A stretch of DNA of 61,460 bases, counting the filler. It is 10 parts of 10 records of this genome, joined end to end, with 100 filler letters (N's around TTAATTAATTAA, not from the genome) between each part and the next. Parts side by side here need not be neighbours in the genome. Positions count along the whole stretch, not along the records: positions 17,249 to 27,140 come from SRR7504441_6957; positions 27,241 to 31,286 come from SRR7504441_6961; positions 31,387 to 37,743 come from SRR7504441_6967; 7 more parts are not named here. The stretch is one strand, 5' to 3'. The number at the start of each line of letters is the position of its first letter. Within the stretch, counting starts at the first letter, position 1. The notes under the pieces are model-generated. The model had not been told where the DNA came from and ran no database searches. It saw only the letters and a program-made list of their open reading frames with translations. Below are positions 23,701 to 35,796 of this stretch, piece by piece. Both the position numbers and the translations under genes were made by a program.

Positions 23701-26700
23701 TGCTGGCGCACACGGAGATCGAAGTCACTGCCGCCATGTGGGCGGCTGGGTTGGCGTCGTGCGCAATGGAAGGCTGTCCACAAGCGGCCGAGCGCTGCTT
23801 TGGCGAGATGCGTGAGGCAGGCGCTCTGGCAGAGATCACCACGTACAATCTCATGATCGTGGCCTACTGCCGGGCCCAGCAGCCGGATGCAGCCACTGTC
23901 TGGATATCCCACATGAACGACGCTGGAGTGGCTGCCGACTTGGTCAGCCTGCGGACTCTCGTGTGTGCCTATGCCGAACTGCACAGGTCAGACCAGCCAG
24001 CGCTAGGCCTGAATCTAACTCCTGCGAGGGCAGGCCGGAGCAGGCACTCCGATGGCTGGGCCAGATGGAGTGCGCTGGGTTTCTGCCCGATTCAGCCCTG
24101 TGCACACAGGCATGCCTGCACGGTGGGCTCTGTGAGCCAGATGACAGGTGATCGATTCATGCACTGAGGCTGGAGCCGGGTTCCGGTCAGCGGCCGAGCG
24201 GATTCTGCAGCTTATGTGTGACCTTTCGCGGAGTCTGCACGCCGACACGATCAATGGGTGGCCCGGTCGGCTGGTCAAGTGCTGACTGGCGGGCAGGATA
24301 CTTGATTTTGACCTGGAGCACGCCGAGCCGAGCATGGAGGCGATCAGCAGGGTGGCGGAGGGCTGGCTGGACTGGATGAGGGCGCACCGTGTGGCGGCCA
24401 CAGTGGAGACGTACAACTTGATCATTGCTGCCATGTCGGAGACAGCAGACGAGCCCGAGCAGGTTTCGCGCTGGCTGGACGCCATGGGCCAGCAGGGGCT
24501 CTCACCAGACGTGAACTCGATCATCCACGTGGCAGAGTCATACGCACAGGCCAAGCAGCCGCACGAGGCCGCCTGGTGGCTGCAGCAGCTGCCTAGCTTA
24601 GGACTCCAGCCGTCTGCTCAGAGCTTTGAGTGTGGGGTGCGGGCCTATATTGAAGCCGGGATGCCGCAGGAAGCCTTGACCTGGCTGCACAAGCTCTGGG
24701 CTTCTGGGCTCTCGATGAGTGACACCACGCTGCTCGCACTTGTGTGTGAGGCGTTTGTGCAAGCCGGCGAGCTTGACATCCTCACAGTCGAGTGGCTTGA
24801 GTCGGTGCTCCGCCAGTCACGACTCCAGCCAGACACTATGCTATGCGACCGGCTGGTGAGCTCACTACTGCACGCCAAGCACGTGAACAAGGCTGTGCAG
24901 TGGATGGAGTGGTTTGTGCAGATCCGGGTGCTTCCAGAGATCCGGACACTCACGATGCTCATCACTGCTCTCGCCGCTGCACGAATGCCGGTGGAGTGTG
25001 CGATGTGGATCAACCACATGGAGAACTTGGCCGGTGTCAAACCGTGCACTGTGCACTACAATGCAGTGATCGCGGCCTTTTCTCGCTCGGGACAGGCAGA
25101 GATGGCCGCGTGGTGGCTCAACCACATGCAGGCGAAAGGAGCCCAGCGGGATGTGGTCAGCTTCTCCACTGTAATATCAGCATACGCTGCCGCCAAGAAG
25201 TGCGAGGAGGCAGCTGAGTGGCTCGAAGCGATGAAGGTGGCTGGGGTCCAGCCCGACATCATCTCTTACAACACTGTGATCTCGGCGTACGCTGCCTCCA
25301 AGCGCCCGGAGGAGGCTGCTCACTGGCTCACCTGCATGCGCCAGGCGAGAATCGAGCCCGACGTCTTCAGCTACAACACGGTGGTATCAGCGTATGCTGG
25401 CGCCCGCCGGGCCTCGGAAGCGGCCGAGTGGTTGAACAGGATGCGCGTTGCTGGAGTCCAGCCGGACGTGGTCAGCTTCAACACTGTCATCTCAGCCTAC
25501 GCTGGAACCAACGAGCCGCACCAGGCGGTGCTCTGGCTGGAGTCGATGAAGGAAGCGCAGATCGAGCCGGACGTAGTCAGCTATAACACTGTGATCTCTG
25601 CGTTTGCCACTGCCGGCGAGCCGCTGGAGGCAGCAGCCTGGCTGGAGAAGATGTCGCGTGAGGCCTCGCTCAACCCGGATGTGGTGAGCTACTCCACCGT
25701 GATCTCGGCGTATGCGAATGTGGCAATGGCAGCCGAGGCCGCCGAGTGGCTCAAGCGGATGCAGCACGCAGGAGTAGAGCCCAACGTGGTCAGCTTCTCC
25801 AGCGTGATCTCTGCATATGCGGCAGCCAAGCAGCCGAACGAGGCTGGGTGGTGGCTGGAGGCCATGAAGCAGTCCGGGATAGAGCCCAACGTAGTAAGCT
25901 TTTCCGCCGTGATCTCTGCATATGCGAGCGCTCGCCAGCCTGATAAGGCAGCCGAGTGGCTCAACAAGATGCGCGCCTCCGGGATCGAGCCAAACGTGGT
26001 GAGCTTCTCCACTGTCATGGATGCCTATGCGCGTGTGGGCGCGCTCGGGCCGTGCCAGTGGTATCTGGACGAGATGATCGGGCTCGGGCTGAGGCCGAAC
26101 AGGTACACGTACGGCGCTCTGCTGCAGGCGTGCGGCCGGTGCAACGAACCGCAGCTGGCTTGGATGTATTTCGAGCGGCTGCTCTCGGAAGGAGTCGAGC
26201 TGCACAAGTTTCTGTTCGACTGGCTCGAGCGGGTGCCATGCTTGATTGAGCGAGTGCTGACAGTCGGGCAGGTGCTGGGCGAGCAGTCGTTTGAATACTT
26301 TTGCCACACACACGGGCTGTCACTGGACGCGATCCGAGCTGGCAACTACAGGCACGCGCTCAACCAGGGCTCGGCGGCCCAGAACCCACTGCACGACGAT
26401 AAGCAGCCACCTCCGCCCAAGGGCGGGGCCAACCGGAAAGCCAAGGCGCGCGGGCAGGTCGCCCGGTCCAAGCAGAGCAATGGAAAGCACTCGAGGACGC
26501 GGCAGCACCAGCACCATAACAGCAAGGGCGGCGGCGGCAGGGGGCAACGCAATCGGGGCAAGGGTGGAGGTGGCCGGGGGCAGCACGGATCACAGGGCCA
26601 GAATGGATCAGCTGGCAACAGTGGCAGCAGTCGGCAGCCCCAATCTGGCATGGCGGTGGCACCTCCGCCCCCGCCCATCGAAGCTGTGTGGGACTACCAG

Positions 26701-26889
26701 CAGCCACAGCCGGCACAGAAACAACCAGCTCAGCAGCAGCCAGCTATTGCGCCCGTAGGTGGGCTGCCAGCTGCCCCACTTGCAGCACGTAGTGGGCAGC
26801 AAATGTGGCGGGTCCGAGGCACTGGCCAGGAGCCTAGCGACAACAGCCAATCCAAATGGAATATACAACAGTTTATGACTCAGAACTAA
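20711..26889 (+). CDS. ~1,940-aa protein: unknown N-terminal domain + NACHT/STAND-like P-loop NTPase + PPR array + low-complexity tail
   Basis: Nine introns (21992-22027, 22130-22164, 22426-22464, 22624-22663, 23648-23687, 23987-24033, 24110-24147, 24258-24296, ~26232-26270) give a continuous frame; Walker A GETGAGKS, Walker B VLLVLDGVD; 35-aa PPR repeats. Confidence 0.8.
25048..26205 (+). repeat. About 11 canonical P-class pentatricopeptide repeats (105-nt period, one 108 nt)
   Basis: Repeating VVS(F/Y)(N/S)TVISAYA...EAAEWL..M...G(V/I)(Q/E)P(D/N). Confidence 0.95.
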
Positions 26890-27140
26890 CTTTTCAAAAT
26901 GACCAGATCGAAATTAACTATTTTAACCCTCCAGAAAAGGAGGGACCGTAATTGCTTTTCAAAATGACCACGTCGGGTAGGACGATCAACTACAGATTGT
27001 AGACTAGTACTACAGGACTTCCGTGTAGACCAGACTGGAACTACTACTTCGCTCAATTCAGTCCACTCTGAATCAGAGTTCTCAGTAGTCAGGTCCGTCA
27101 GTGAGCTTTTAAACTTATGTAACATGTAACAACTGAATTA

Positions 27141-27240
27141 NNNNNNNNNNNNNNNNNNNNNNNNNNNNNNNNNNNNNNNNNNNNTTAATTAATTAANNNN
27201 NNNNNNNNNNNNNNNNNNNNNNNNNNNNNNNNNNNNNNNN
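27141..27240. other. Artificial contig spacer
   Basis: N-run / TTAATTAATTAA / N-run. Confidence 0.98.
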
Positions 27241-28297
27241 TGAACAAATAGCTGCCCGCTCGGCTGGCCGGGGGCCGCGGGCCGGAGGGACCAGTTTTGC
27301 TCGGACGGGTTTCCGTTGAGCTCAAAGATGTTCAGCAGGTCGTAAAACTGCCCGTGCGTGTCGCCGCACACTGTCATCCGTTTGTCCTCGTCGAAGTTAA
27401 CCCGCGTGAGCGACGGCGCCGCCACCTGCCCGCGCCGCTCGCCGCCGCCCGGCCGTAGCAGCGCACATGCTTGCGCCGCATTGCTATCAGGATCTGGAAT
27501 ACGTATCTGCCACCGCCAGTCAGCCAGTCCAGCGGCAGCCATTAGGTACTTGCGGTGGATAGACTTCTCCTCCTTGAACCACTGCATCATCTCGAGCACT
27601 GCCCCGCAGCTCAGCCGCTCGGCTGTGCCAGCTCGCACCAGACTCGATAGTCGGCGGCGAAGGTATGTGTGGGCCTTTATACGAGTCGTCCACCACTGCC
27701 CCGGGTGAGAGCGAACCCCGCCGGGCGCACCGATCTCCTCGGGGTCGAGAGTATCGCTCAGCAACTGCACGTCGTGGTCCCCGCTGATTGCATCTGCGAA
27801 CGCCTGCTTCTTGAGCTCCTTGCGGCACTCCTTGAGCTTATCCCGCGCCACCTTATCCTTGGGCTCCAGTTCCACCGCCTGCCCCCTGCTCGGCTGTCCC
27901 GCCCGGAATGGCCACCAATTTGAACGCCGCGGCCGCCTCCTTGAGCTTCCCCAGCCCGATGAACGCGCAGCCCTTGCGGTACGACGCCTGCGCCGCCGCT
28001 CGCAGCGTCAGAGCGGCCGCCAGGAGCCTTGGCGTTGGTCGGCTCGAGCCCGAGCGCGCTGGAGGCGTCCTCGATCACCGAACCCCAGTTCTCCATCCTG
28101 AGGTGGGCCATGGCCCGGTTGTTGAACAGCACGGCCAGCGGGAGCACGGCGATCCCCTGCGAGTACAGGTCCACCGCATCCTGGTACTGGCCAGCTGGCC
28201 CACTGATCAGCCCCGGCCGGCCGCAGCGCTCACCTTTGAACACCTCGTTGCCCTGCGCTTTGAACGCAAGCGCAGCTTCCTCTGTCTCTGTCGACAT
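27241..28297 (-). CDS. PPP5C: Serine/threonine protein phosphatase 5 (TPR + PPP domain), 3' truncated
   Basis: KAQGNEVFK, NRAMAHLRMENW (TPR); TVCGDTHGQFYDLLNIFELNG; eight short introns traced. Confidence 0.93.
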
Positions 28298-28500
28298 CCT
28301 CCCGCCGGATCCCGGACGCGCGCCTTCGTCTGACTGTTCAACCTAGGAATTCCCCTCCTAAAAATGAACACAAATAAATGAGTGAGAGAGGGTTCCTGGC
28401 ATCCGAGTCTATACTAACTGAGTGACTATGACTATCTAACTAAAAACAATGTCCATTTATTCAGTTACTGATCTATCGAGCTAGCTCAATACAAGCTTAG

Positions 28501-29295
28501 CTAGCTCGGCAGGCGACGCAGCTCAAAAACACCCTCGGTATCTGGGTCAAGCTCCATGCCATTGGCGTAGTGTTCCGGTGCTAGCCGCTCCACTATTTCA
28601 AAGTAACTAGGCAACAGCTGCCAGAACAGCTCGTGGGCAGCAAGCACCCTATGTTTGAGCCCGATCACCACGACCGTGTGCTCGTCGCATAGCTGGCTCA
28701 TACAATTGAGCAGCGGCCGGATCGATTGCACCTCGTACACCACGTCCGCGGCGAGCAGCCAGCTCACCGGCGGCGCCAGCCGGTCGAGCGGCTTGCCCCA
28801 TTCGAGTGGCAGCGGCTCCACCGTTACATCGTTCCGGCGCAGATTGTCCGACAGATCCGCCAAGTTGTGCTCGGTGCCCCAGTCCTGGACAAAAGCTGAT
28901 CACTCCCAGGAGTGCGCAAGACGATTAAACAATTAAACTAAGTAGTCTTAATCAACCTGCTCCGTGGCCACAACCCGCAGCTCGGCCGGGCCCAGCCGGG
29001 CGGCCACCATCGAGGGCAACCCGGCCGAACCAGCCCCAAGCTCGACGCAGACCCCACGCGACCCCGCCAGCCGCTGAGCCAACCCCGATCCAGCCAGCGC
29101 CCGGGCGAGCATCAGCCCACCATCCCACATGAAGGCACCAGTGCCGCTTCCCCGGCCACTCTCGCTCCAGTACGGCACCAGCACCTGGAGCGGGCCGACC
29201 GCCGGATTGGAAAACTCAACCGGCACCAGCCCGTCTGAATCGCCCATCCCGGCAGAGCAGCCGGCGTACAGGCGGCTCAGCAGTTTATCGCACAT
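28501..29295 (-). CDS. METTL21/Methyltransf_16-type SAM-dependent protein methyltransferase (start 29295 or 29247)
   Basis: TGAFMWDGG, VELGAGSAGLP, LEWG, LAADVVY; one ~72-nt intron. Confidence 0.85.
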
Positions 29296-29835
29296 GGACG
29301 GCTCCGCTTCCCGTGCTGTGTGTGTACTGTACAGTGGCAGACCTGTGGCCGACCTCTTGTCACGGTGGCGATAATTTTCAGGCGATAATTATTATTTTCA
29401 GGGGGTTTTATAAAATCAGCCGGCCTGCCGAGTAGCCGAGTGACGGGTTGACGGCGAGGTCGGTCGCACGCGGCACCTAGTCGGCACCTCAATATTAATT
29501 TATTGGAGCTCGGACACTCCCGACAGTCCCAAAGCTTGGGTTTATCCCAACGGTTAGCCTTTGGTGATCAGTTGAGCCACAATTCTCGGAATCGTGTTTG
29601 AGATTTGCATCTCGTGAAGAGAAAACTAAGAGTTAGTTTTTAGATACATATTAAAAGAGCACAATCATGCAATACGAAGACATTGTGCCGGTATCACCAC
29701 CCCTCTGTCGAAAAGCCCAATGCGTAAGCACGATCAATGATGCATGACGGCTCACACTCAAACATACTCGTATTTGATTATGTCAATCATGCTGTAGGAT
29801 CGATGCTGTGTGGTCGACGGGTTTGACGACCGACC

Positions 29836-30996
29836 TTAAGTGGTGTCGGTGCAAGCTTCGATAAACCTCAGCTTGGTCTCCCAGTACTTCTTGCCGCCCT
29901 TCTCCCACCTGCCCTGCCTGACCAGCCGCCATCGACCGGCCAGCTCACAAGTCGTTGTGCCCGGCCTGGAAGCTCTCGATCGAACACGCAGTGGATCCGG
30001 TGGCCGCCTTGTGCAGTCTATTCATTTGCTCAGCCGGCACGATCTCGTCTTCAGTCGACGAGAGCATCAACAGAGGGTAGCTCACTGCACCCTGCTCAGT
30101 GCCCTAGCCGGGCTGGCAGCCGCACCCTGCCCGATGATGTCGATGCTCCGCCACTGCAGACGGAGGAACTTCTTCTCGAGCCTCGGTGACCAGTTGACTG
30201 CCCACCCGAGTGGGGGGAAGACCGCGCCTACCATCTCTGCAATGCAAGTAAACGTGTTCTCCACAATCACGCCGGCCGGTGCGATCTCCGGCTCCCTGCG
30301 CCCGGCTTAGAGGTCGGCCGACCGCAGGTCGCACTCGGCTGCCAGCTTTGCCGCGAGGTGTAGTGCGACCGCCCCTCCGAGTGACCGGCCAGTGATGAAG
30401 ATCTTGCGCGCATCTATCCTGCCTTGGCCCGCCCGCTGCCAGAGCCATCTGCGCCCCGTCAGGCTGCTGGCTGGTGCGCAGGCACCGGAGCGCGGCCTCG
30501 GCGTCCTGGATGAGCCCGTGCTGGGAGGGCTGGCCCTCGGAGAATCCAAACCCGCGGTAGTCAAAGTAGAACAAGTTGACCTTAAGCCTCTGAGAGGTCC
30601 ACTTGGCCTCTGGCAGCCGGAGCCCGATGTTGCCCGCGTTCTCGTGGCAGAAGAGCAGGGTGGGCCGGGTGCTCTCTTGGGCCGTTGGCATCCACCACCC
30701 GTGCACCCGGAGCCCGTCCACCGGCAGCCAGACCTCCTCGAACTGGAGGCCTTGGTCGTTGGGCGAGACCAGTCCACGCGGGTTGTCGAGCGGGGTCTTG
30801 ATCCCCTGGATCACCGGGATGTACAGCAAGCTCTCCTGGTAGGCGATCAGGTAGCACACCAGCCCCAAGATCAGCAGCCCGCCCAATGCCACCTGCCCCC
30901 AACTCACCCAGCCGACCCACCCGGCACCAGTGAGAGCGGAAACGCCCCGCTCACCACCATGAGCCCGGTCAGCCCGAGCAGCAGCGCCCCTTGCAT
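29836..30996 (-). CDS. ABHD13: ABHD13/BEM46-family alpha/beta hydrolase
   Basis: YQESLLYIP, CHENAGNIGLR, DYRGFGFSEGQPS, GRSLGGAVA, VENTFT. Confidence 0.9.
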
Positions 30997-31286
30997 CCCG
31001 ACCGAGGGCAATGGCCGGTATTGCGTTACTTGGACCAACGCGCCGTGCGGGTAGATCGAGCTATCAGTTTACTTCCAGTTTACTATTGATCAATTAATAC
31101 AAGAGAGCACGGTGTCCCCTAGTTGCACGGTGTCCCGCTCTCGATGAGGAGGACGCCATCATCAAGAAGCACGTGTACCGGTGTACGCGCGCCGCGGAGG
31201 TGGTATGGAGGTGGTTCGAAATCGAAACAAACAGCCGAAATCGACCTACCGGTACATTAGGTTGTGCAAACTTGATAGTGTGTTTC

Positions 31287-31386
31287 NNNNNNNNNNNNNN
31301 NNNNNNNNNNNNNNNNNNNNNNNNNNNNNNTTAATTAATTAANNNNNNNNNNNNNNNNNNNNNNNNNNNNNNNNNNNNNNNNNNNN
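31287..31386. other. Artificial contig spacer
   Basis: N-run / TTAATTAATTAA / N-run. Confidence 0.98.
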
Positions 31387-34300
31387 CACAGCCTTCTTCT
31401 TCGTCACCCGGGGCGCTGGCTTCTTCTTGGCAGGCGCTGGCTTAGCAGGAGCATCATCAAAGTCCTCATCATCATCCATCATGCTCCAAGACGGGGCAGG
31501 CTCGGTCTGCTTTCGCTGCGCCAGTCGCTCCATCAGTGACAAGGGCTCGTTGCTCGCTTGCTCTGCCTCCTTGGGCAAAGCTGCAGCCTTCTTTGCTGCA
31601 GGCCGCGCTGCTGGCTTGGCACGAGGTGCCTTGGCAGCAGGCTTCTTCTTAGCCGCCTGCGAGCACGGCATCAAAACATCTAGTTGATCACGGGAGCGTT
31701 CACCTTGCCCTCGAAGTCCGAATCCTCGTCCGAGCCGTCGTCAAAGTCGAAGTCATCGAGCTCATCAGAGTCGTCCATCACCTTCATCAGCTTCTTCTTG
31801 GCAGCAGCCTTGGCTTTGCCTTTGCCTTTCTTGGCGTTCGCCTGCCAGCAAATCATCAGACCATTTTTATTCAGCCTGAAGCGTTGCCTTGAGCTTGATC
31901 TTCTGCTGCTTGTTCTTCTGCGCCTCGATGGCCGCCTCAAACTCGGAGAGTGCCTGGTCTAGTTCGTCTAGATCCTCCTCAAACAGATCTGTCAATGTCT
32001 TGCCTTCGAGTGTATTAAGCTCCTCGAGCTTTCCACTGGCCTCTTCTTGGAGCTTCATAATCTTTTCTAGGGTGAGGCTCCACATAGGCATGCCAAGCAG
32101 GTAGTCGTACCCTCCCGGGAGAATCTCAGCTGGGGCATCCTCGTCGTCTTCGCCTTGCTCCTCGTCCACAACCTCAGCCTTCTCCTTGGAGAATTGCTCG
32201 AACCCGAGGTTGGCGAGTTCGACCAGCAAATCAGCCTTCTTCTTCTTGGCCACCACGAGCTCTTCGTCTACCACCATCTGAATGAACCGCTGCCTGTTGT
32301 CCAGCTTGGACCACTCCTTCCGGAGCTTCTTGAGCATGAAGTCCTTCCGATCTCCGAATACCTTCAGTCGAAGCTGGTAGAAGTCACTCAGCACTTCCAG
32401 ACAAGATGAATACTTCTTGATCCGACCCTCAAAATCGAACAAGTGCATGTTGGAGCTGGCAACCGAAGAGGTGAGTTTAAACTTCTTGTGCAGGCCTTCG
32501 GCTTGAGCGGCAGCCATATTCTCTGGACTGAGGGTTACCACGAAGTGAGCCTTGGTGTCGGTGTGGTGTTCTTCGAAGCCCTGGATGAAAGCGTCCTTCT
32601 TTTTGCCTTCACCTTCAATCCGCTCCTCGAGCCATTCCTTATAGTCCTGCCAGCTCAAGCTCACTGACTCTGTTTAGCATGCAAACAGACCTGCGTCCAT
32701 TTTTTCAGAGGCAACTCAGTGATTTCGACAGTGGTGTCGTCTAATGCTTGGATCACTCCGTATGTAGTGAAGCTGGAGGGGTCTTTCTCCTTAGGCTCGA
32801 CCAGGCCAGTGAACCCACGATACCATGGCACCATTGGCTCCATCTCTTCATTGCCGATCAACCGCTTGAGATTGGCAACGATGTCGTGCGGGTTGAAGCA
32901 CGGCACATCCGAAGACCAGCCAGTTCCAATCCCCGAAGCACCTGCAGCAATGTCAATCGCCAGAAGATTCAGGTGGGCAATTACCGTTGACCAGCGACAT
33001 TGGGATCAGCGGGACGTAGTACTCCGGCTCCACACTCATCCCGTCGTCGGTCAGATGCCGGAGTACTTGGTCATCCAACTCGTTGAAGATCACACGAGTG
33101 ATTGGCGACAGCTGAGTGAACACGTACCTCGGGCTGGCTGCGTCCTTGCCACCCTGAAGCCGGGTGCCGAACTGGCCATTGGGCATCAGCAGATTGATGT
33201 TGTTGGAGCCAAGGAAGTCTTGTGCCATGTTGATGATCTGCCAAACCGCGAATAAGTACCCGATTGCAATAATTCCACTCACAGTGCCGCACAGTGAAGC
33301 CTCACCGTGGTGGTAGGCTGCGTGCTCCGATACATACCTGGCCAGCAATCAGAATCCAGCCAGACTTAATCAATCACCCGGCCAGCTGCGCAACCTTGAT
33401 CTCGTTCTTGAGCTTGCGCTTGAAGCATGCGAACAGCACCTTCCGCTGGCCTGGCTTGAGCCCGTCAACCTGCAGCGGTGTGAGCCCAGCCAGAGTATGC
33501 CCAGTTACCATCGACGGGATTGAGCGCAGGTTGTCAGCCATGGAGAAGTGGATGAGCTCGTTGTGCACAAAGTCAGAAAAGTCGATTGCTTCTTGCGTGT
33601 GGTCCACAAACGATTCCGGGTCGAAACCATTCAGCCACTCTTTGCGCGCGTCGGCCTTCTTCTTGTTGAACGCCATGTCCAGATCTTGCTCGTTGTGGTC
33701 GCCGGTGTAGGAGAAGTCGAGCTGGTGCAGCTCCAGGTTTGAGAAGTACTCCTTGGCCTCGGCCGATGTGCTGGTACCCAGACCTTTGTAATACTTGATC
33801 TTCCAGCCCTTGCCGTCGTCGTGCTGCTCCTTCCACTGCGCGTACTCGGTCTGGGTGAAGAACGAGTGCGAGCTGCTGCCCTTGGTCACCTTGACAATCG
33901 GGGTGACAAACTCCTGCAGGAAGCCAGGGATCTGGAGCAGCGACGGCCAGAACGTGGCTATCATGTTGATCACCAGCCCCTTGATGTGCGAGCCGTCGTG
34001 GTCCTGGTCGGCCATGATCAGGATGTGCCCGTACCTGAGCGACTTAGTGTCGGTGTACTTCTTGCCGTGCTGCAGGCCCATGATCTGCTTGATGTTGTTG
34101 ATCTCCGCGTTCTCCATGATCTGCTTGTGCACCGCGTCCCGCACGTTGAGTAGCTTACCCTTGAGTGGGAACACCCCGTAGTGGTCCCGGCCGACCACCC
34201 CGAGCCCACTGCCGCACCCTCAGCCACTCGTTCGGGTCGGCTGCTACCTCACTGCGAGCGCCTTGGCTGAGTCCCCCTCAGTCAGGATCAGCGAGCACTG

Positions 34301-35730
34301 GCTCGCATTCTTGCCGCCGGCCTGCCGCCGGTTGAGCTGATTGGGGCAGGTGGGCACCTGGTTGGCGTCGTCCAGCTTTGCGATCCCCGAGACCCGGCCC
34401 TTCTTCTTGCCATCTGTTCGCTTGAGCTCGTTCCCGGCCTTCATTTTGGCCCAGTTCAAGATGTTGTCCACCACCCCGCACCCGAGAACCTGCTTGATCA
34501 GCTTGTCGCTCAGCGCGCAGCTCGACCCGAACGCCGACGCTTTGGTTGTCATGTACTCCTGAGATCGGAGTGAGTGCGCCAGCAATTAATCAATCAACTG
34601 ACCTTGGTCTGCGAGTTGAACGCTGGGTTCTCGACCAGGCAGTTCATGTAGATGGCCAGCTGGTTCTTGATGTGGGTCGGCTTGATCGGGACGTTCTTGT
34701 GCTTCTTCTTGAACATGTCGAGGAACTTGGTGACCAGCTGGTCTGCCACGTAGTCCAGGTGCTTTCCACCCTTGGAGGTGCAGATCGAGTTGACGAACGA
34801 CACCTGCTGGAACGTGCCGTCGCTCACCGAGATTGCGACCTCCCAACGGTCATTCACACGCTCGTACATCAGCGGGCTTTCGCTGTCGGCCGAGATGTAA
34901 AGGTTGATGTAATCCTTGAACGTCTTGATCGGGAGGTTCTTGCCGTTGAGCGACACTTTGACCGACCTGCCGGTGCAGCCCGCCATGTCGTACACCCGCT
35001 TGGTCATCAGGGCCACCATCTGGCCGTCGAGGTAGCTCATCCCGAACCGGGCCAGGTCGGGCTTGAAGCTTATCTTGGTCCAGTCGGCCTTGCCCACCCC
35101 GCTAGTCTTGATCTCCGGGCTGCTCCGCTCAGACATGTTGTTCCGGTACACCTGCCGGAACTTGCGCCCGCGCACGCTGTCGTTGCACTCGACCACGAAC
35201 TCGGTCGAGTAGATGTTTGTGAGCTTGGCCCCAAACCCGTTCCGGCCGCCGGTCACCTTCTTCTTGCCGTCGTCGAAGTTGCTTGAGGTGAGCAGCTCGC
35301 CGAACACCAGCTCGGGCACGTACACCTGGTGCTTGGTGTGCTTCTCCACCGGGACGGTCTTGCCGTTGTTGAGCACCGAGATCATCCCGTTCTCCTGGTC
35401 GATCTCCACCGCCAGCAAGTTCATCGAGTCGTCCCGCTGCTTGTTGTCGGCCGCGTTGACCAGGATCTCGTCGAAGATCTTGTACAGCCCGGGGGCGAAC
35501 GTGATGTCCTTGCGGGCCATCTTGCCGGCGGCCTCGTCCCAGACCCACATGTTCTCGCTCTGGTGCTCCACCGCCCCGATGTACGCGTCGGGCCTGAGCA
35601 GGATGTGCTCGACCTGGGTCTTCTTGTCGTAGTCCAGCGTGTCATCCTTGACGCACGGGCTCTTCGGGGTGAACTCCGCGCTCGAGTTGGCCCCGGCCGA
35701 CTGCTTCAGTGGCCGCTTCACAGCTGCCAT
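31387..35730 (-). CDS. TOP2: DNA topoisomerase II, 3' truncated
   Basis: EHILLRPDAYIG, EILVNAADN, GGRNGFGAK, TEGDSA, PLKGKLLN, DQDHDGSH, DGLKPGQRK, AASPRY; ten short introns. Confidence 0.99.
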
Positions 35731-35796
35731 GATGGTTTGTAATGAAAAGTGAGCGTTTCCGTTGCTTTTGGGCACGGCAACCCGCACCGCTGTACC

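Noticed and set aside
25048-26205. Regularly spaced DNA repeats resembling a CRISPR array
   Set aside because: 105-nt period, in frame, with synonymous variation: these are protein PPR repeats.
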